DNA of 64,000 nt. Origin: Octopus vulgaris (taxonomy: Eukaryota). A model generated the notes under the pieces. It did no database searches. It was not told the origin of the DNA and saw only the letters and a list, made by a program, of their open reading frames with translations. Every line of letters starts with the position of its first letter. Position 1 is the first letter of the stretch. This document shows positions 39,119-53,399 of this stretch, one piece after another. The DNA lies in contig OX597820.1 of NCBI GenBank assembly GCA_951406725.2, forward strand, positions 112,964,001-113,028,000, given 5' to 3'. Position numbers and translations under genes: made by a program.

Positions 39119-39559
39119 ATCACCTGATGCTCATATTAGGTTAGTTAATTTGACTTTAGATTATACAATTTCTTCCTTCTCTCGGTGGGGAAGATTTTTG
39201 CATCGTACAGTACAACAGTCATGAATCAACGATTTCACAGACAAGTAGAGTCTAGCAGTCCATAACCACTGAACTGAGACAACAGTGAGAAGGGCTGACA
39301 CAACCAGTATGAAGGAGTGGGAGTAGTAGTAGTGGTATCAGCAACAAGGGAAGATGCATGGGATACCAATGTACAGACACGATCTTGGCTGAAACAAAAA
39401 TATTGCAAGAAGAGAGAGAGAGAGAGAGAGAGAGAGCTGGATGCCGTTGCTCCCAGGTGTAGCAACGCTATAGGTATTTCTTGCTGACTCATACAGGCAT
39501 ACTACATACATTATATACACACGAACATGTGTGTGTACATACATACATACATACATACA

Positions 39560-39595
<36 letters not shown>

Positions 39596-39598
39596 TAC

Positions 39599-39647
<49 letters not shown>

Positions 39648-39790
39648 TATACATATATATATACATAAGTACATGATTGCATTCATATATACACACATAC
39701 ATACATATATATATACATACATACACATTCTTCATACGTATACATATGTATGCACATATACACACACGTACATGTGTGTGTGTGTGTGTG

Positions 39791-39822
<32 letters not shown>

Positions 39823-40230
39823 TATACACACACATAAGTGCATGCTTGCATTCATATATACACGCATACATACATATATATACATAGATACACATTCTTC
39901 GTACGTATACATATGTATGCACATATACACACACATATATTACATATGTATGCATACAAACAATACATGCATATATATACACATACATGCATGCATGCAT
40001 ACATACACACACACGCGCATACATATATACATACATACACACGCATACATACATACATATATACATACATACATACGCATACATACATACATACATACAT
40101 ACATACATACATACATACATACATACATACATGCACGCATACATACATGCATATTTCATTATGCAGTTAGCCACCGATCCATTATCCAAATGACATATTC
40201 TGTTTCATTTGGATTATCAGAACATCTGTA

Positions 40231-40294
40231 TCATCACTCTGAACAATCATCACTCTGAACAATCATCACTCTGAACAATCATCACTCTGAACAA
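40231..40294. repeat. Perfect 16-bp tandem repeat x4 (TCATCACTCTGAACAA)
   Basis: Direct inspection. Confidence 0.95.
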
Positions 40295-40879
40295 TATTGC
40301 TCAACGTCAGCACAAATGACTGTTTTATAATGATCAAACGTTTGTGGCGTACTTTAGCTCTCTACTTTCATCAAATCGCAGTCGTCAGAACAGGTGCCCG
40401 GTGTATTACATGTCAGAACTGAGCGCAGAGCGACGCGGGATGCCCTCGCACACACACACACAACATATGTGTGTATATATGTATACATATAATATAACAT
40501 ATGTATATGTGTCATTATTCAGTTTTATTTCAAGATTTCTTGCCAATAGAAAAAGAACGATTTCTAACTTAGACCTAAGGTTTCCTCTTTGGAATCTCAA
40601 CATCAACAGGGCAGTTTTGTATGCATGTGTATATGTATGTATGCATGTATGTATATATGTGTGTGTATGTATGTATGTATATATGTATGTATGTCTGTAT
40701 GTGTGTGTGTGTGTATATGTATTTGTGTATGTATATATGTATGTACGTATGCATGTATGTTTTCTCATACATATACTTGCATATTTAGACATGCTCAAAT
40801 ATAATTAAATGATAAAATTCTAGAAAGGTTTACAGATTTTTATAATTCCAGTGATGGACTGGATATGTAGTATTCGAAT

Positions 40880-41465
40880 CAGCTTCTCCCCTTTGGCTTT
40901 GAAAAGCCTAATTTCTCAAGAGTGGTATTTACTTACCCCAGTGCTCCAATAATTCCAGGTATAAACCTGAACTTGTAATCTGGATAGAGTAACTGCAGAT
41001 TTCTCGATAATTCAGAATAGGTGTTCTCTTTTTCACTGATCTTCAGCTTTATGTTAACATCCGCTGGGCAGCAGATTTCCACAACTTCTCTTCTTTATCC
41101 CAAATCATTGTCTCAGGTATATTGTGTTTACATTTTATTGAGGGTTTCATTGTGACATTCCATCAGCATTCCTTTTGATTATGAGTGGCTATGACTTCTT
41201 CCATACAGTGGGTTCGTATTTCTTTGTCTTCGGGGTTATCCTTCCGACGGATTTCCTTATATAGTGTTCTAGCTACAACATCATGTCTCATCGGCACATT
41301 ATACCGTGATGACATTTTCAAACAACTGCTTGTGATGTGGGGTATATCTTCGGTGCTAATCCCACAAAATCTGCATCGGTCGTCACATTTTACTGCTTTT
41401 CCTACATCTCTATCTCGTTTGTACAACAGGTATTTGGTTGATATTTCCTGTTACAGGATTGCAAA
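40880..41465 (-). mobile_element. R4/Dong-like LINE 3' fragment (CCHC + restriction-like endonuclease)
   Basis: Fragments QEISTKYL, CRFCG...EDIPHITSSC.KMSSRY..PMRHDVVA, VEICCPADVN and YPDYKFRFIPGIIGALG. Confidence 0.8.
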
Positions 41466-41468
41466 CGC

Positions 41469-41499
<31 letters not shown>

Positions 41500-41801
41500 T
41501 GTATGTATGTATGTATGTATGTATGTATGTATGTATGTATGTATGCGTGTGTATGCATGTGTGTGTATGTATTTATGTATGTATGCATGTATGTATTTAT
41601 GTAAGTATGTATGTATGGATGTATGTATGTATGTGTGTGTGTATGTATTTATGTATGTATGTATGTGTGTGTGTATGTATTTATGTATGTATGTATGTGT
41701 GTGTGTATTTATGTATGTATGTATGTGTGTGTGTGTGAGAGAGAGAGAGAGCGTATGTATGTTTGCATCTCTCTCTTTGTCTTTCCCCCTCTCTCTCTCT
41801 T

Positions 41802-41874
<73 letters not shown>

Positions 41875-43001
41875 GTAAGTACCTAATTATATGGACATAT
41901 GCATCTAATTAAAGGGTCATACTTGCGTACATATACATACTTATATCTGCGAGTACACATGTCTGTATATGTACGAATGATGCACCTATACAGGAGCATA
42001 TCCCTACATACAATTGGACACACATTCTCATATACATAGACACACAGGCAGCCTCGTGTATTCATTTATCTCTCACGTATGCAAGCACACGTTCACGTGT
42101 CCGCTTTCTGATTTTCTGCTCCATTGTGTACCTAACATCAGATATGGGAGCATTACACTTCTGCGATTTGCATTTGTGATTTGGAGAATTACAGCAACTA
42201 ATCAAAGCTGAAGTGGCAATTAGTTGGCAGGAACATACTTCATAAACCATAGATCACATGAATTAATTAATTCTAAACTAGAACCTATTTGTATCTAATA
42301 TGTAATTAAATACAGAATTAATTAATTCGCATGTTGTTTGCTGTGTTACATTATATTTCTTGAAACACTAATTGCTAAATTAATTGGCTAAAATGTCTTA
42401 GACCATCAACTCATCGCTGCATATATATCCATACAGCGATTAGTTAATTCTCTGAGGTAGCGCATTCATTTTGACCGATTATTCACATGGGGACCAGCAG
42501 TCGTTTTCAACCATTACAAATAAAGTCATAGGAGTAAATCACGAAGTCTAATAAAGCAGAAAAAAAACCTCCTAATTTTTATACAACCATAGTTGTGGTG
42601 ATGGTGAGTTACGGGGGTGGTAACGGGGTCTTCGTTTCGCTGATGTTTTATAGTTGTTTGCAGTTGCCATCATGGTTTGGAACATCGCACGTAATGTGTT
42701 TGCAATTGAAACCATTTGTCAACCTGGAAGGTTTTTTCTGTTGCACCCTGCATAGTATGTATGTATGTATGTATGTATGTATGTATGTATGTATGTATGT
42801 ATGTATGTATGTATGTATGTATGTATGTATGTATGTATGTATGTATGTATGTATGTATGTGTATGTGTGTGTATGTATGTATGTATGTATGTATGTATGT
42901 ATGTATGTATGTATGTATGTATGTATGTATGTGCACCATATATATAAGTAATACATATATATGTGTATACGTATATATATATATATATGTTACATGATAT
43001 A

Positions 43002-44228
43002 CAGGGGCTGGACAAAATAATGGAAACACCTTAAAATTTCAAACAAATTTATTTAATATGCGGCAGGACCGCCTTTGGCAGTAATTACAGTTTTAACTCT
43101 GCGAGGTATGTTCGAGTACAAAGTTTGAATTGTTTCCAAAGGAATTTTTGTCCATTCTTCAGCTAAAACAGTCTCCAGTTCTTGTAGTGATGATGATGGG
43201 GGATATGGACTCCTTCCTTGTTTTTCTAAAATGCACCATAAATGTTCAATAATACTGAGATCTGGGGTCTGTAGTGAATGTTCCTCGTGCCATTCAGTAA
43301 CAACTTTAACTGTGTGAATTGGTGCATTATCATCCTGAAAGATTGCATTTCCCTCCAGAAACAGTCCCTCAAACATATGATGCATTTGAGCAGATAAAAT
43401 GCTTAAACAGTCTTGACTAGTAATTCTGTTATGAAGGGAAACCATTGGGCCGGCGGATTTCCAAGATATAGCCCCCAACCCAGATGATCACAGATACTCC
43501 TCCATGTTTAACAGTTGGAAGAAAGCAGTCTGGGTCAGGTGCATCTTTTGGCAGTTTCCACACATATACTCGGCCGGTGGTCGGAAATAAGGTAAAGGAT
43601 GACTCATCCGAGTGCTCTAGGGATCAATTCTGTAGGTTTTTACTCCTCTCTAAATGCTTTGCAACATTTGTTTGAAAGTAGTGGTTTTCTGATTGCAGCC
43701 CTCCCATGAAATCTGGCATTGTGCAGCTCCCGGCGAACAGCTTTTGTGGAAATTGGGATTCTCAAGGTGGTCATTAAGCTCTGCAGTAATTTTGGGAGCT
43801 GTACTTTTGTGATCCTTTCTAACAATTCGCGTAAGAGTTCAACGGTCCTTATCTGAAAGTTTTGGTTGTCTTCTGGAGCTTTGTTTCAACGAGGTTTTTC
43901 CCTCTTTCTCAAAGGCTGTCATTACTTTCGAGACAGTACTTCTTGATACACCAAACATTTCAGTTGTTTTCTTTACGCTAGCACCTGCCATACGGGCACC
44001 AACAATTTGACCTCTTTGAAAGTCCGATAGATATGTCATTTTAATGAACTCTAATTACCTATTTCTGATCATATCTGAAAAGAACAGCAATTTTATCAGA
44101 ACATATTAAGCATGACTAATAATAAATAAAAAAAACATAAAAATTATCAAGCTTTTGACGGTTTTATAGATATTTCAAAATTATGATGCTATGATGCTAG
44201 GTGTTTCCATTATTTTGTCCAACCATTG
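43002..44228 (-). mobile_element. Tc1-family transposon with both TIRs, defective transposase
   Basis: 30-bp TIRs CAGGGGCTGGACAAAATAATGGAAACACCT / AGGTGTTTCCATTATTTTGTCCAACCATTG, flanked by TA on both sides. ORF pieces contain SDES, FQDDNAPIH and PDLSIIEHLW. Confidence 0.95.
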
Positions 44229-44479
44229 TATGTATGTTAGATGATGAAGGTAATGATGATGATGATGATGTGTGTGTGTACAAGATTTTATATGTATATA
44301 ATTCTTCTTATGAAGAATTAGCATCGAAAACGGTAAGACGCTTTCTCTTCCAGTTAAAACGTTAAGGTAATAAACCAGGTACCAATAAGAAAGTATAACT
44401 AAAACTAAGCAGAAGTGCATTAATCACAGAAGATATATTGAAGTATCGACTTTAGAGTTAAAAATTCTTGAAATTATAT

Positions 44480-45125
44480 TATCTGTTGTGGGAATAAGAA
44501 TATCAATAACCAATAGGAAAAGTTTCCATGACGAAAAGTATGAAGATTTAGACAAAACACCACACGAGTGGCTTCTATTGAAATGATCGGAGGAGTTCGA
44601 CCAATATTTGTGCTGAGGACTTTAAAGAAAATGTAGGTTTGGAGATCTCAGTATTCTGTTTCAGGGGTGTTTGGGTGAGTAGGTTTATGATATGCCATGG
44701 AAAAAAAAAAAGATAGAAAGAAATTGGACATTGCTGGCGAAATGAATGAGGGAAGCGACTATAAAGGAAAACAATGTGACATTTGAGGAACTTGTCGAAG
44801 AATGAAAGCTTAGAGCTGATCAAATGTACAACACCGACGAAGCTGACCTTTGTTGGAATTGTTTAGCAACAGAATCGGTGAGAAGTTCCAGTGAAGCATG
44901 TGCTAGTGATTTCGAGCATAATAAAGAACGATTGACAATTGTTATATGTCCAAATACATCCAACCAACAAAGGACGAAACTGTTAAATGATTGGTAAATT
45001 TCCTCATTGCGGAATACTGAAGGAAATAATCCATTTGTCAGACTCTTTTATAAGACCCAAAATAATGGATGGGTAAAAAGCATTTTTCAAAACTGGTTTG
45101 ATCATCGATTTGAGACTTTTGTGAC
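44480..45125 (+). mobile_element. Old pogo/Tigger/Jerky-like transposase relic
   Basis: YEDLDK..HEW; QMYNTDEADLCWNCL...KERLTIVICPN; F.NWFD..F. Confidence 0.65.
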
Positions 45126-46719
45126 TTACTTTTTGATATCTGTAAAGTTCTTCATAAATCAAAGTTACTTTCAATAGTAAAAATATTTTTCGATAAAAGA
45201 AGTCCAGAAAAATTATCCAGAATTTTAAATGATAAAAATAATTTTATAAAACATTCTATGCATCCACAAAAGCGTACGGAGAAGATATCCGAGAGTGTAT
45301 ATTCATGATTGTGGGTTCGATTCTTGGATCGAGCGGCGCGTTGACCTTGAACAAATGACATCAGCGACTATTGGGATGGAGTCTTGTGGCTCCATTAGGT
45401 TGGACGCAAAAGCAACTAGGATAGACCCTGACATAATGAGATAGTCTTTACTTTAACTTTTTGCAGCAGCTAAGACACGGACTTCTGTTAGAACCTGTCT
45501 AAAATACAAACATTTTGACCAATTTAATTTCCGATGATGAAGAAGAAGATTTTAATGGTTTTAATGCATGGCAGAACGTGAAGGAAATAATGCAGACAAC
45601 ACAAACAACAAAGAGTACAAACTGCAGACGCTACAACAGATGATAGGCAACGTCCATAGAAAATATGTTTCATAGTCTCAAGGATAAAGATATTGATGTT
45701 CGGTTAATCCAGAAAAGCGAGATGCAGAATTTTGCTCCAACGAGGATAATGATGAAAACGAAGCAAATGAAAAATGCTTGGTCTTCAGCTGAACACAACC
45801 CAGATTTATTTATGCAACATGTAACGTCAGTGAACATGTTTAACAATACAAGGATCATTACAACATGAAAATATATAAAATAAAGCGATATTAGAAAAAT
45901 CAAGAAATCCCCCAAAATATTGCATTTGTAGATCATGAATTTAAAATTGCTCTTCCAGTTTTTTCTTTTCTAACATAAACATCTTTTGACATTTATTTTT
46001 TATAACTAAGAATCACATTTTATTAACTACATAGTTTTACATGAGAAAAAAAAGAAAAAATTAAGAAGTATCAGAGATAAAGTTTTCGAGAAAAAACCCC
46101 GCAACTACCTCACCGAGGCGACAAAAAGAAAACAAATGGGCGGAAGAACTAAGCAGCAGAAGACGGGCGAAGGAAGTAACAGGTTGTACAACCCTGAGCA
46201 AACGGCGTGACCAACGGTGCCTGTTGTGAGAGGAAGCCAATCGCGCCGACGATCCTTCGAGTTATTATCCTTAATTTGAAGGTGTTCTTTTAACTTTTAA
46301 TATTTGTTTTGCTTATTCATTGTGCAAATTATTGTATTAAACATTTACTCGATATTCACACGCACACAGGCATATATATGCTTGTATTTTAAGTAAATTA
46401 TTTTAACGGTGAACCTCGAAGTAAATTAGACAATAAATAACAGCATGTAGAATGTTAAGCTAAAAAGTCAATTGTTGGAAAAAAAATAGATGGTTCCTCG
46501 TAAGATTTGAACCTACTTCTATAAGCATAAGACACACGGCAAGGATTATATCAAAGCAACCCTTCGAATTTTCTCCATACTTTTTCCTCCCATTCAGTTT
46601 TCGCCATCCAAGATGGGTATGTTTTAAACCTAATATTCTACGTACTATTATTTATAGCTTACCTATTTTCACTGTTATCTCTCGAAATTTCTGAATACTT
46701 AATATATAGGTATGTAACG

Positions 46720-47220
46720 CGGCGAGCTGGCAGAATTGTTAGCACGCTGGACATAATGCTTAGCGGTCTTTCATCCATCTTTATGTTCCAAGTTCAAATT
46801 CCGCCGAGGTTGACTTTACCTTTAAAGGCGGCGAGCTGGCAGAAACGTTAGCACGCCGGGCGAAATGCTTAGCGGTATTTCGTCTGCCGCTACGTTCTGA
46901 GTTCAAATTCCGCCGAGGTCGACTTTGCCTTTCATCCTTTCGGGGTCGATTAAATAAGTACCAGTTACGCACTGGGGTCGATATAATCGACTTAATCCGT
47001 TTGTCTGTCCTTGTTTGTCCTCTCTGTGTGTAGCCCCTTGTGGGTAGTAAAGAAATAGGTATTTCGTCTGCCGCTACGTTCTGAGTTCAAATTCCGCCGA
47101 GGTCGACTTTACCTTTCATCCTTTCGGGGTCGATTAAATAAGTACCAGTTACGCACTGGGGTCGATCTAATCGACTGGCTCCCCTCCTCCAAAATTTCGC
47201 GCCTTGTGCCTCGAGTAGAA
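46720..47220 (+). mobile_element. SINE family B, three nested or tandem units (best copy 46825-47058)
   Basis: Head GGCGGCGAGCTGGCAGAA..GTTAG, B-box-like GAGTTCAAATTCC, repeated body. Confidence 0.85.
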
Positions 47221-47368
47221 AAATATGTATAAGGTGTGTGTGTGCGTGCGGACATATGTATATATATATGTATGTATAGGGAAAGTTTACGAAAAAACAA
47301 AAGACGAAGACAGGTGGTGTACAAAACAAGCAGATGTATTAGTATAACGCTCAGGAATAGAAAAAAGT

Positions 47369-47404
47369 CTTTTATGTTTCGAGCCTACGCTCTTCAACAG
47401 AAAG
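47369..47404 (-). ncRNA. Decayed minimal hammerhead motif
   Basis: Minus strand CTTT-CTGTTGA-A-GAGC(GTAG)GCTC-GAAAC-ATA-AAAG. Related to 401-435. Another decayed copy lies at ~32443-32478(-). Confidence 0.45.
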
Positions 47405-48183
47405 GTACACAGAAAAAACAAGGAGAGAAACAAGGAGAGAAAAAAAATGTGTGTAGTGGTTAACGATCTATCATGGCGACCAATGAGCCTGGATGAATGT
47501 GCATCCAGACTCAGCGGTTGCGTAGGAAGTCGGGACAAGAAACAGGAAGAAAGAGTGAGAGAAAGTTGGGGCGAAAGAGTACAACAGGGGTCACCACTAC
47601 CCCCTGCCGGAGCCTCGTGGAGCTTTAGGTGTTTTCGCTCAATAAACACACACAACGCCCGGTCTGGGAATCGAAACTGCGATCCTCCGACCGCTGCCCC
47701 AACCGTTGGGCCACTGCGCCTCCACTTGTTGCTGCAGTTGGTGATAGTCTTAAACTGAGTGGACTAAAGCAACACAAAACGAAGTTTTTGATCAAGGAAG
47801 CAACGAGCTGTGCGATCCACAAATCGAACCACATAACATTACTCTCATGAATTCAACATTCTAGCCACAAGGCTATGCGCTTTCTCATACCTACAAACCT
47901 ACACACGCACGCACGCACACACACACAGTGAAACTAACACGCATAGATTCGCGTATGTGTGAGTATGCGGGTTTGTGTACGTTTGTATGCATGGACACAA
48001 GCAACATTTTACAGAAGTGTAGACAAGCACAGTCATACAGTTGCCCAAAGCCTCTCAAGAATATAATAGCACACAACTCATCCGCTCTAAAAAACAAAGG
48101 AAAAAGTAATCCGCTCGCGTGAGAAAAAACATAATCTGGTTTAATCCACCGTTCAGCAAAAATGTTACAAGAGGTTGAAGTAT

Positions 48184-48700
48184 TCCACCACCCAGCCAGG
48201 CTAATTGTCCGGGCCAGCCTGACTACCTCTCTCCCTCTCTCCCAATTTTCCATTAGTGTTTCTAGGTCTTCAACTTGGCATCCAACATCTTCTGCAAACT
48301 GTAGTATATACGTCTTCCGAGGTCTTCCAGCCGATGTGCTATCATGATTTGGTATCCATAGCAACACATTTCTCACAAGCTCTTCACTTCTCCAACAATG
48401 GCCAGCAAACATCAATCTCCGCTCTTGGATGTTTGATGAGAGAGTTGCTACATTCCAATACAGCGGTTGTTTTGTTGGATGCAGCAATAACGTGTCCACT
48501 GAAAAAGATATTAAATCTCGCGTTGCTAAGTCTTGAGCAGCTATAAACAGTCTTAGAACAATATGAAAGTCAACCCTACCAGATGAATTGAAGAGACAGT
48601 TCTTCAGAGCAGTTGAATCTGTGCTTGTATATGGATCTCCGACTTGGAGTCTCACCAAGAGATTCAAGAGCATGCTGGACGGTGCCTACACAAGAATGTT
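48184..48700 (-). mobile_element. RTE-type LINE 3' fragment with inverted 5' segment
   Basis: 48184-48480 (minus) reads HPTKQPLY...FAGHCWRS...GRPRKTYI. 48480-48700 (plus) reads STEKDIKSR...FFRAVESVLVYGS.TW.LTK...LDGAYTRML. It sits beside a PLE scrap (KNIIWFNPPFSKNV, ~48120-48170). Confidence 0.85.
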
Positions 48701-49156
48701 GAAATATAGATGCGAGTTATTCTACAAAATAGATGCGAGTTATTCTACACAATATAGTCTCGTAACGTAACAACAGAATCATTCAATGCAATCTAAGCAG
48801 AATAATCAAAAGAGGAGATTAATCTCTAATTATCGATCCGATGATCCGTGTCTCTTGAATATCTAAGGAATATCGAAAATAATGTTACAGCAACTGAAAA
48901 ATATGCTGTACTATATCTACAGGAAACTAATTCAAGAGCTAACTATATTTACACGAGAAAGACTGTGCGTTACTGATGCACCCCGTCTTATCTTTTTCTT
49001 TAACTTTGAGGTGATGTAGCGTTTATCTTTATAGGCATTGCAAAGATTTACGTATTATTAATAGAGACGATCTCATGCAAGCAAATTACAAAGAAGCTTT
49101 CATCGCTCTTGAAGCATGCACCCCAATCACACACACTCATATACATACATGGATAC

Positions 49157-49189
<33 letters not shown>

Positions 49190-49214
49190 CATACACACAC
49201 ATATATATATACAT

Positions 49215-49270
<56 letters not shown>

Positions 49271-49487
49271 TAACAATTGAGGATAAAATCTTTAAAAGAA
49301 ATTATCAGTAGTCAGCGTGAAAAACCTCGTAAGAGAAAAAATCACATGTGATATGTAACTGAATTCTTTTTTTTTAAAATGATGTGTTTTGAAGTTTTGC
49401 ATTCGGTAAAATTTTGTTTATTTTTAGTAGTTTTGACCGCATTGGTCCCTCTTAGCGTGTTGGTATCTACGAATAGTAGTACCCTCA

Positions 49488-49536
<49 letters not shown>

Positions 49537-49799
49537 GTAAACACATGTATGTATTATGTATGTATGCATGTATGTATGTATTTATGTATGCTCCAGAAGC
49601 TAATAAAAAAATGCCCGGATGGTGGTGTTTCCACTGGTAACAAATTTAAGATATCGTAATAACAGCGTTGGAAAGTTGTGGGGAAGAATTAGATATTCAC
49701 GGGAAGAAACCAAAACACATAACATCTAATGCCATTTAAAAAATCTAAATAATAATAATACTAACAACAAGAACAATAATAATGATGATGGTGATGATG

Positions 49800-52505
49800 T
49801 CTTTTATTTGCCACCAGAACGAAAGACGAAAGGGACAATACAAAGACAGACATAAAGTGGGGGAGGAGGAGTTTTAGATATGATGGAAGGATTAAAAAAG
49901 ATATGCACGGTATACATTAGAAGAAGAGAGATATAGTATACACTAGAAGAAGAAGGAGAAGAAAGTGATAATGATGGGTCTCCCTAAAACAGAATGACCT
50001 CTAGGGATAATCGAGGAACTGCATCATCCATGACCACCATGAACACCGAAGATAAGTGCCTTCTCCAACTCTTTGCTTCCGACTCACAGATCTACACTGA
50101 CACTCGTACCATCCACTCTTGCCATTTTCGCAACTTTCACCCACCTTTTCATAAATTCACTCGAGGACAGCACCTCTCTCTCCACCCTGACTTTCATTTT
50201 CAAGTGAAACTTGAAAAAGCCCATCAGGGTTTACCAAAGAGCGGCGCAAAGTGCTGCTGAAAAGCCGCACATATCTGCTCAGAACCGAATAGCAAGCATC
50301 CGTCCTGATCCATCAGACTTGATCGTAGTTTTGTTTCTACGTCGCGTCTCTACCGTTCGGGCCCATCGGACGGCTTTAATACCTTCGTGTTTTTAGCGCA
50401 CGGGCCTTAGCTCTGACAACGCACCCTTCGTGTTTCACCTCAAAGAAATGATAAAGGGCCATTCTCGCCGCTAACACGTCGGCCGCGATGCCTTTACTGA
50501 TAGTCTCTTCTAGCTTGCTAACTAGTTCTCCCTCTAATCTATCGATGATTCTACTTTAATCGCTCTCTTCAGAGCGATCCACCACCAGTTGTTGACGATA
50601 GCTAATCCGGTTCCTGTAATCTTTGCGAACCGGTAAGGACGCATTCAACTTCCAGTCTACGGGTCCAATCTAAACCGACAGCGCATATCACAAATTTTTG
50701 TGATATGTATGCCTATCCTCTGACCTAACAAATACTCTATCTAAATACGATCTAGATGACCGGTTGAGGTTGTTCCATGTTCACACTGGTACATCAGGGA
50801 AATCCGTCGGTACCTGTCAGAAAACTGGAAAGTCCTGAGCAGGTTTTCGAAGCTTTTACACTTCCTTCTGCTATGTACTAAACTCACAAAGTCCTTTTGT
50901 GCATCCGAAATATTATTCCAGTTCCCCACCAATACTAAAGTGCGTGACGTTCTCAAGAATGTTTCTAGACGCCGGAAAAAATCTGGCCTCCCAGCTCCTT
51001 CGCAGCCATTCACGTCCAGGACCACTACCCTCCCATCCGGATCCAGGAAGATGGCCCGAACTTGGAGATCTAAGGATTTCCGGAGTAGCACTACAACACT
51101 GCCACTCGCTCCCGATAGACCACAAGATGAGAATACTTTGTAATCCTCAAAAATGGATGCTAGAGCGTGTTTTCTGGAGATCCTTGTTTCACTAATGGCA
51201 GCCACATCTATATCAAGCGACCTGAGATCATTTAGCAAGTGGCTTGCTTCCAAGCTGATCCCAGGCCACGCACATTCACACGCCCCATTCTCAGCACAGT
51301 CATGCTAGTCGGAGAAAGAAAATGAAGAGGTTACTAACCTTGATTTTCGAGAACCCCGGAAGTTCTAAGCCTCTCTACTGGCGAAGATTTTTTAAGAGGC
51401 TCCGCCAACAGCCTTTCATCAACTGATCTTTTTTTAAATCCCCACACTACATGGGAATTATTCCCTTATAATTTTATAAACGCCTGGCGAAGTTTTAATT
51501 AAAATTCTGTCCTTAGAGGTTTTGAGGATGAAATCCTAAAATTCATTTCCCTCTGTCTCTATTTTGTTTTTGTTTTGACTTACAAAATCCATCAATTCTT
51601 TGCTGTACTTGTTTACAAACAGTGAAATTGATGGAAACATTTCGTCTACAGTCTGAGGAATATTCTTGTTTTTGAAGTTCGGTAATTGGTTGTTTCTGTG
51701 TTTCTGTGATTTCATGCTGTTGTTGTTGATGATGTTGCTGTTTTTGAACTTGTTGTTCTTGTTCTTGCTGTTTTTGTTGGAGTGGTTGTGAATTGTGTTG
51801 CAATTGTGATTTCAGTATATCGTTTTGTTGATTTCTTGGATTGGGGCTCTGTACTCTCCTCCTCTTTCGCCTACTCCCTTTTGTCACTGTGATCCTTTGA
51901 TCGTTCAGCTTTTCTTTCTCCATGTCATTGCAGTTGATGTTGCTGTTGCTGTTGAGCGAAGTGGTCTTCGTCCCAGAGCTCGCAAGATGGGAGAAGTCCG
52001 AAACGTGGTCCTTTGCTATTCGTAAGACACGCAGAAGAGAAAGCAGGTCAACCCCCGACACTGAGAGGATCGACGGATGGATGAATGTGCATCCAGGGTC
52101 AGCGGTTGTTTTTGTTGGAGTGGTTGTGAATTGTGTTGCAATTGTGATTTCCGTATATCTTTTTGTTGAGTTCTTGGAGCAGGGATATGTATTCTCCCCC
52201 GTCTTTCACCCACCCGCTTTTGTCACTGTGATCCTTTGATCGTTCAGCTCTTCTTTCTTCATGTCATTCTAGTCGATGTTGGTCTGGGAGGTTGCTTTCC
52301 ACTGGCGACTGGAGGTCGACTCCTTATTGGTTCGGGAGTGGGTATGTGCGTTGATGTGGGTGTAGGTGAAGGAGTCTTGAACACTTGTTCATGACTTTAC
52401 GTCCGTGGTGTTTGTAGTGCTGGTAGCAGTGGGGGTTTATTTTTTCTTGTTTCAGGGCAAGAAGGCTACCCTTCCCCCATTCCTTTATATATTTTTTCTT
52501 GCCAT
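49800..52505 (-). mobile_element. L1/Tx1-like LINE, internally deleted (ORF1-like low-complexity region, APE endonuclease, ORF2 C-terminus)
   Basis: NVRGL...DVAAISETR...VVVLLRK...DPDGRVVVLDV...LVGNWN...DLDRI. C-terminal FFKFHLKMKVRVERE...F.KRWV. AATAAA on the minus strand at ~49803-49808. Confidence 0.75.
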
Positions 52506-53251
52506 TTTAAAATCTTCTTCGTTTATGCGAACATTTTCCATATTTCTCGTCACAAACGCAAAAGAAGTGGAGGCGATATTCACGTTTTTATGTTTCAGTT
52601 CTTTCGTATTGTTGTTGTTGTTGTTATTGTGGCTGTCGTCGTCATTGTTGTTGTTATCACTGCTGCTGTTGTTGCTGTTGTTATTGTCGTTGCCGACACT
52701 GAAAGTTTTGACGTTGCTTAGAGACTAAACATCATTCGCCTCGGTGACGTCATTATGCTTAGGTCATTCGATATTCTTCTTCTCATTTTTTTTCCGACGA
52801 GGAACGCGTTCTTTGTCGAACATTATGATGGCTTCTTTATCAGCCAACTTTAATTAAATAACAAAAACAGCATATTATTATTTTTTCCGAAAGTTGTTAA
52901 AATTCAAAAACTATTGATGCGCACCTCCTGCAAAATACCATCTGCGCAGTCGAGACAGTCTCAGAAATGCAATGGTAACAATAAAATGAAAACACGGGAC
53001 CTTAGATTACAAACACTATTTCAATTTACGGAGCTCCAAATTTTCGTGACGTTACAGTATGGCGGCCATAATGATAATAATAATAATAGCAACAACAACA
53101 ACAACAACAACAATAATAATGATGATGATGATGATGATGATTGTTTCAAATTTGAGTAAAGGGTTAAATTAATTGCATCGACCCCCAGTGCTGAGCTGGT
53201 ACTTATTTTATCGACTCCGAATGGATGAACGGAAAAGGTGATCCCGATAAG

Positions 53252-53353
<102 letters not shown>

Positions 53354-53399
53354 ACAACCCTAGCCATGAAGAAGTTAGCACGAATAATCATAAAATATA

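Noticed and set aside
40231-40294. 16-bp repeat array as CRISPR or a regulatory array
   Set aside because: There are no spacers; it is a simple slippage-type tandem repeat.
47891-48673. 260-aa ORF, the longest in the window
   Set aside because: It is a chance read-through across the inverted RTE junction into flanking repeats.
51543-52061. Q-rich 172-aa ORF
   Set aside because: It is a chimera of a SINE tail and low-complexity LINE sequence.
51769-52281. ~170-bp direct repeats flanking a SINE tail (apparent giant TSD)
   Set aside because: The two repeats differ from each other more than the SINE piece differs from its sibling at 38737. They are probably an older tandem repeat in the LINE ORF1 region into which the SINE later inserted.
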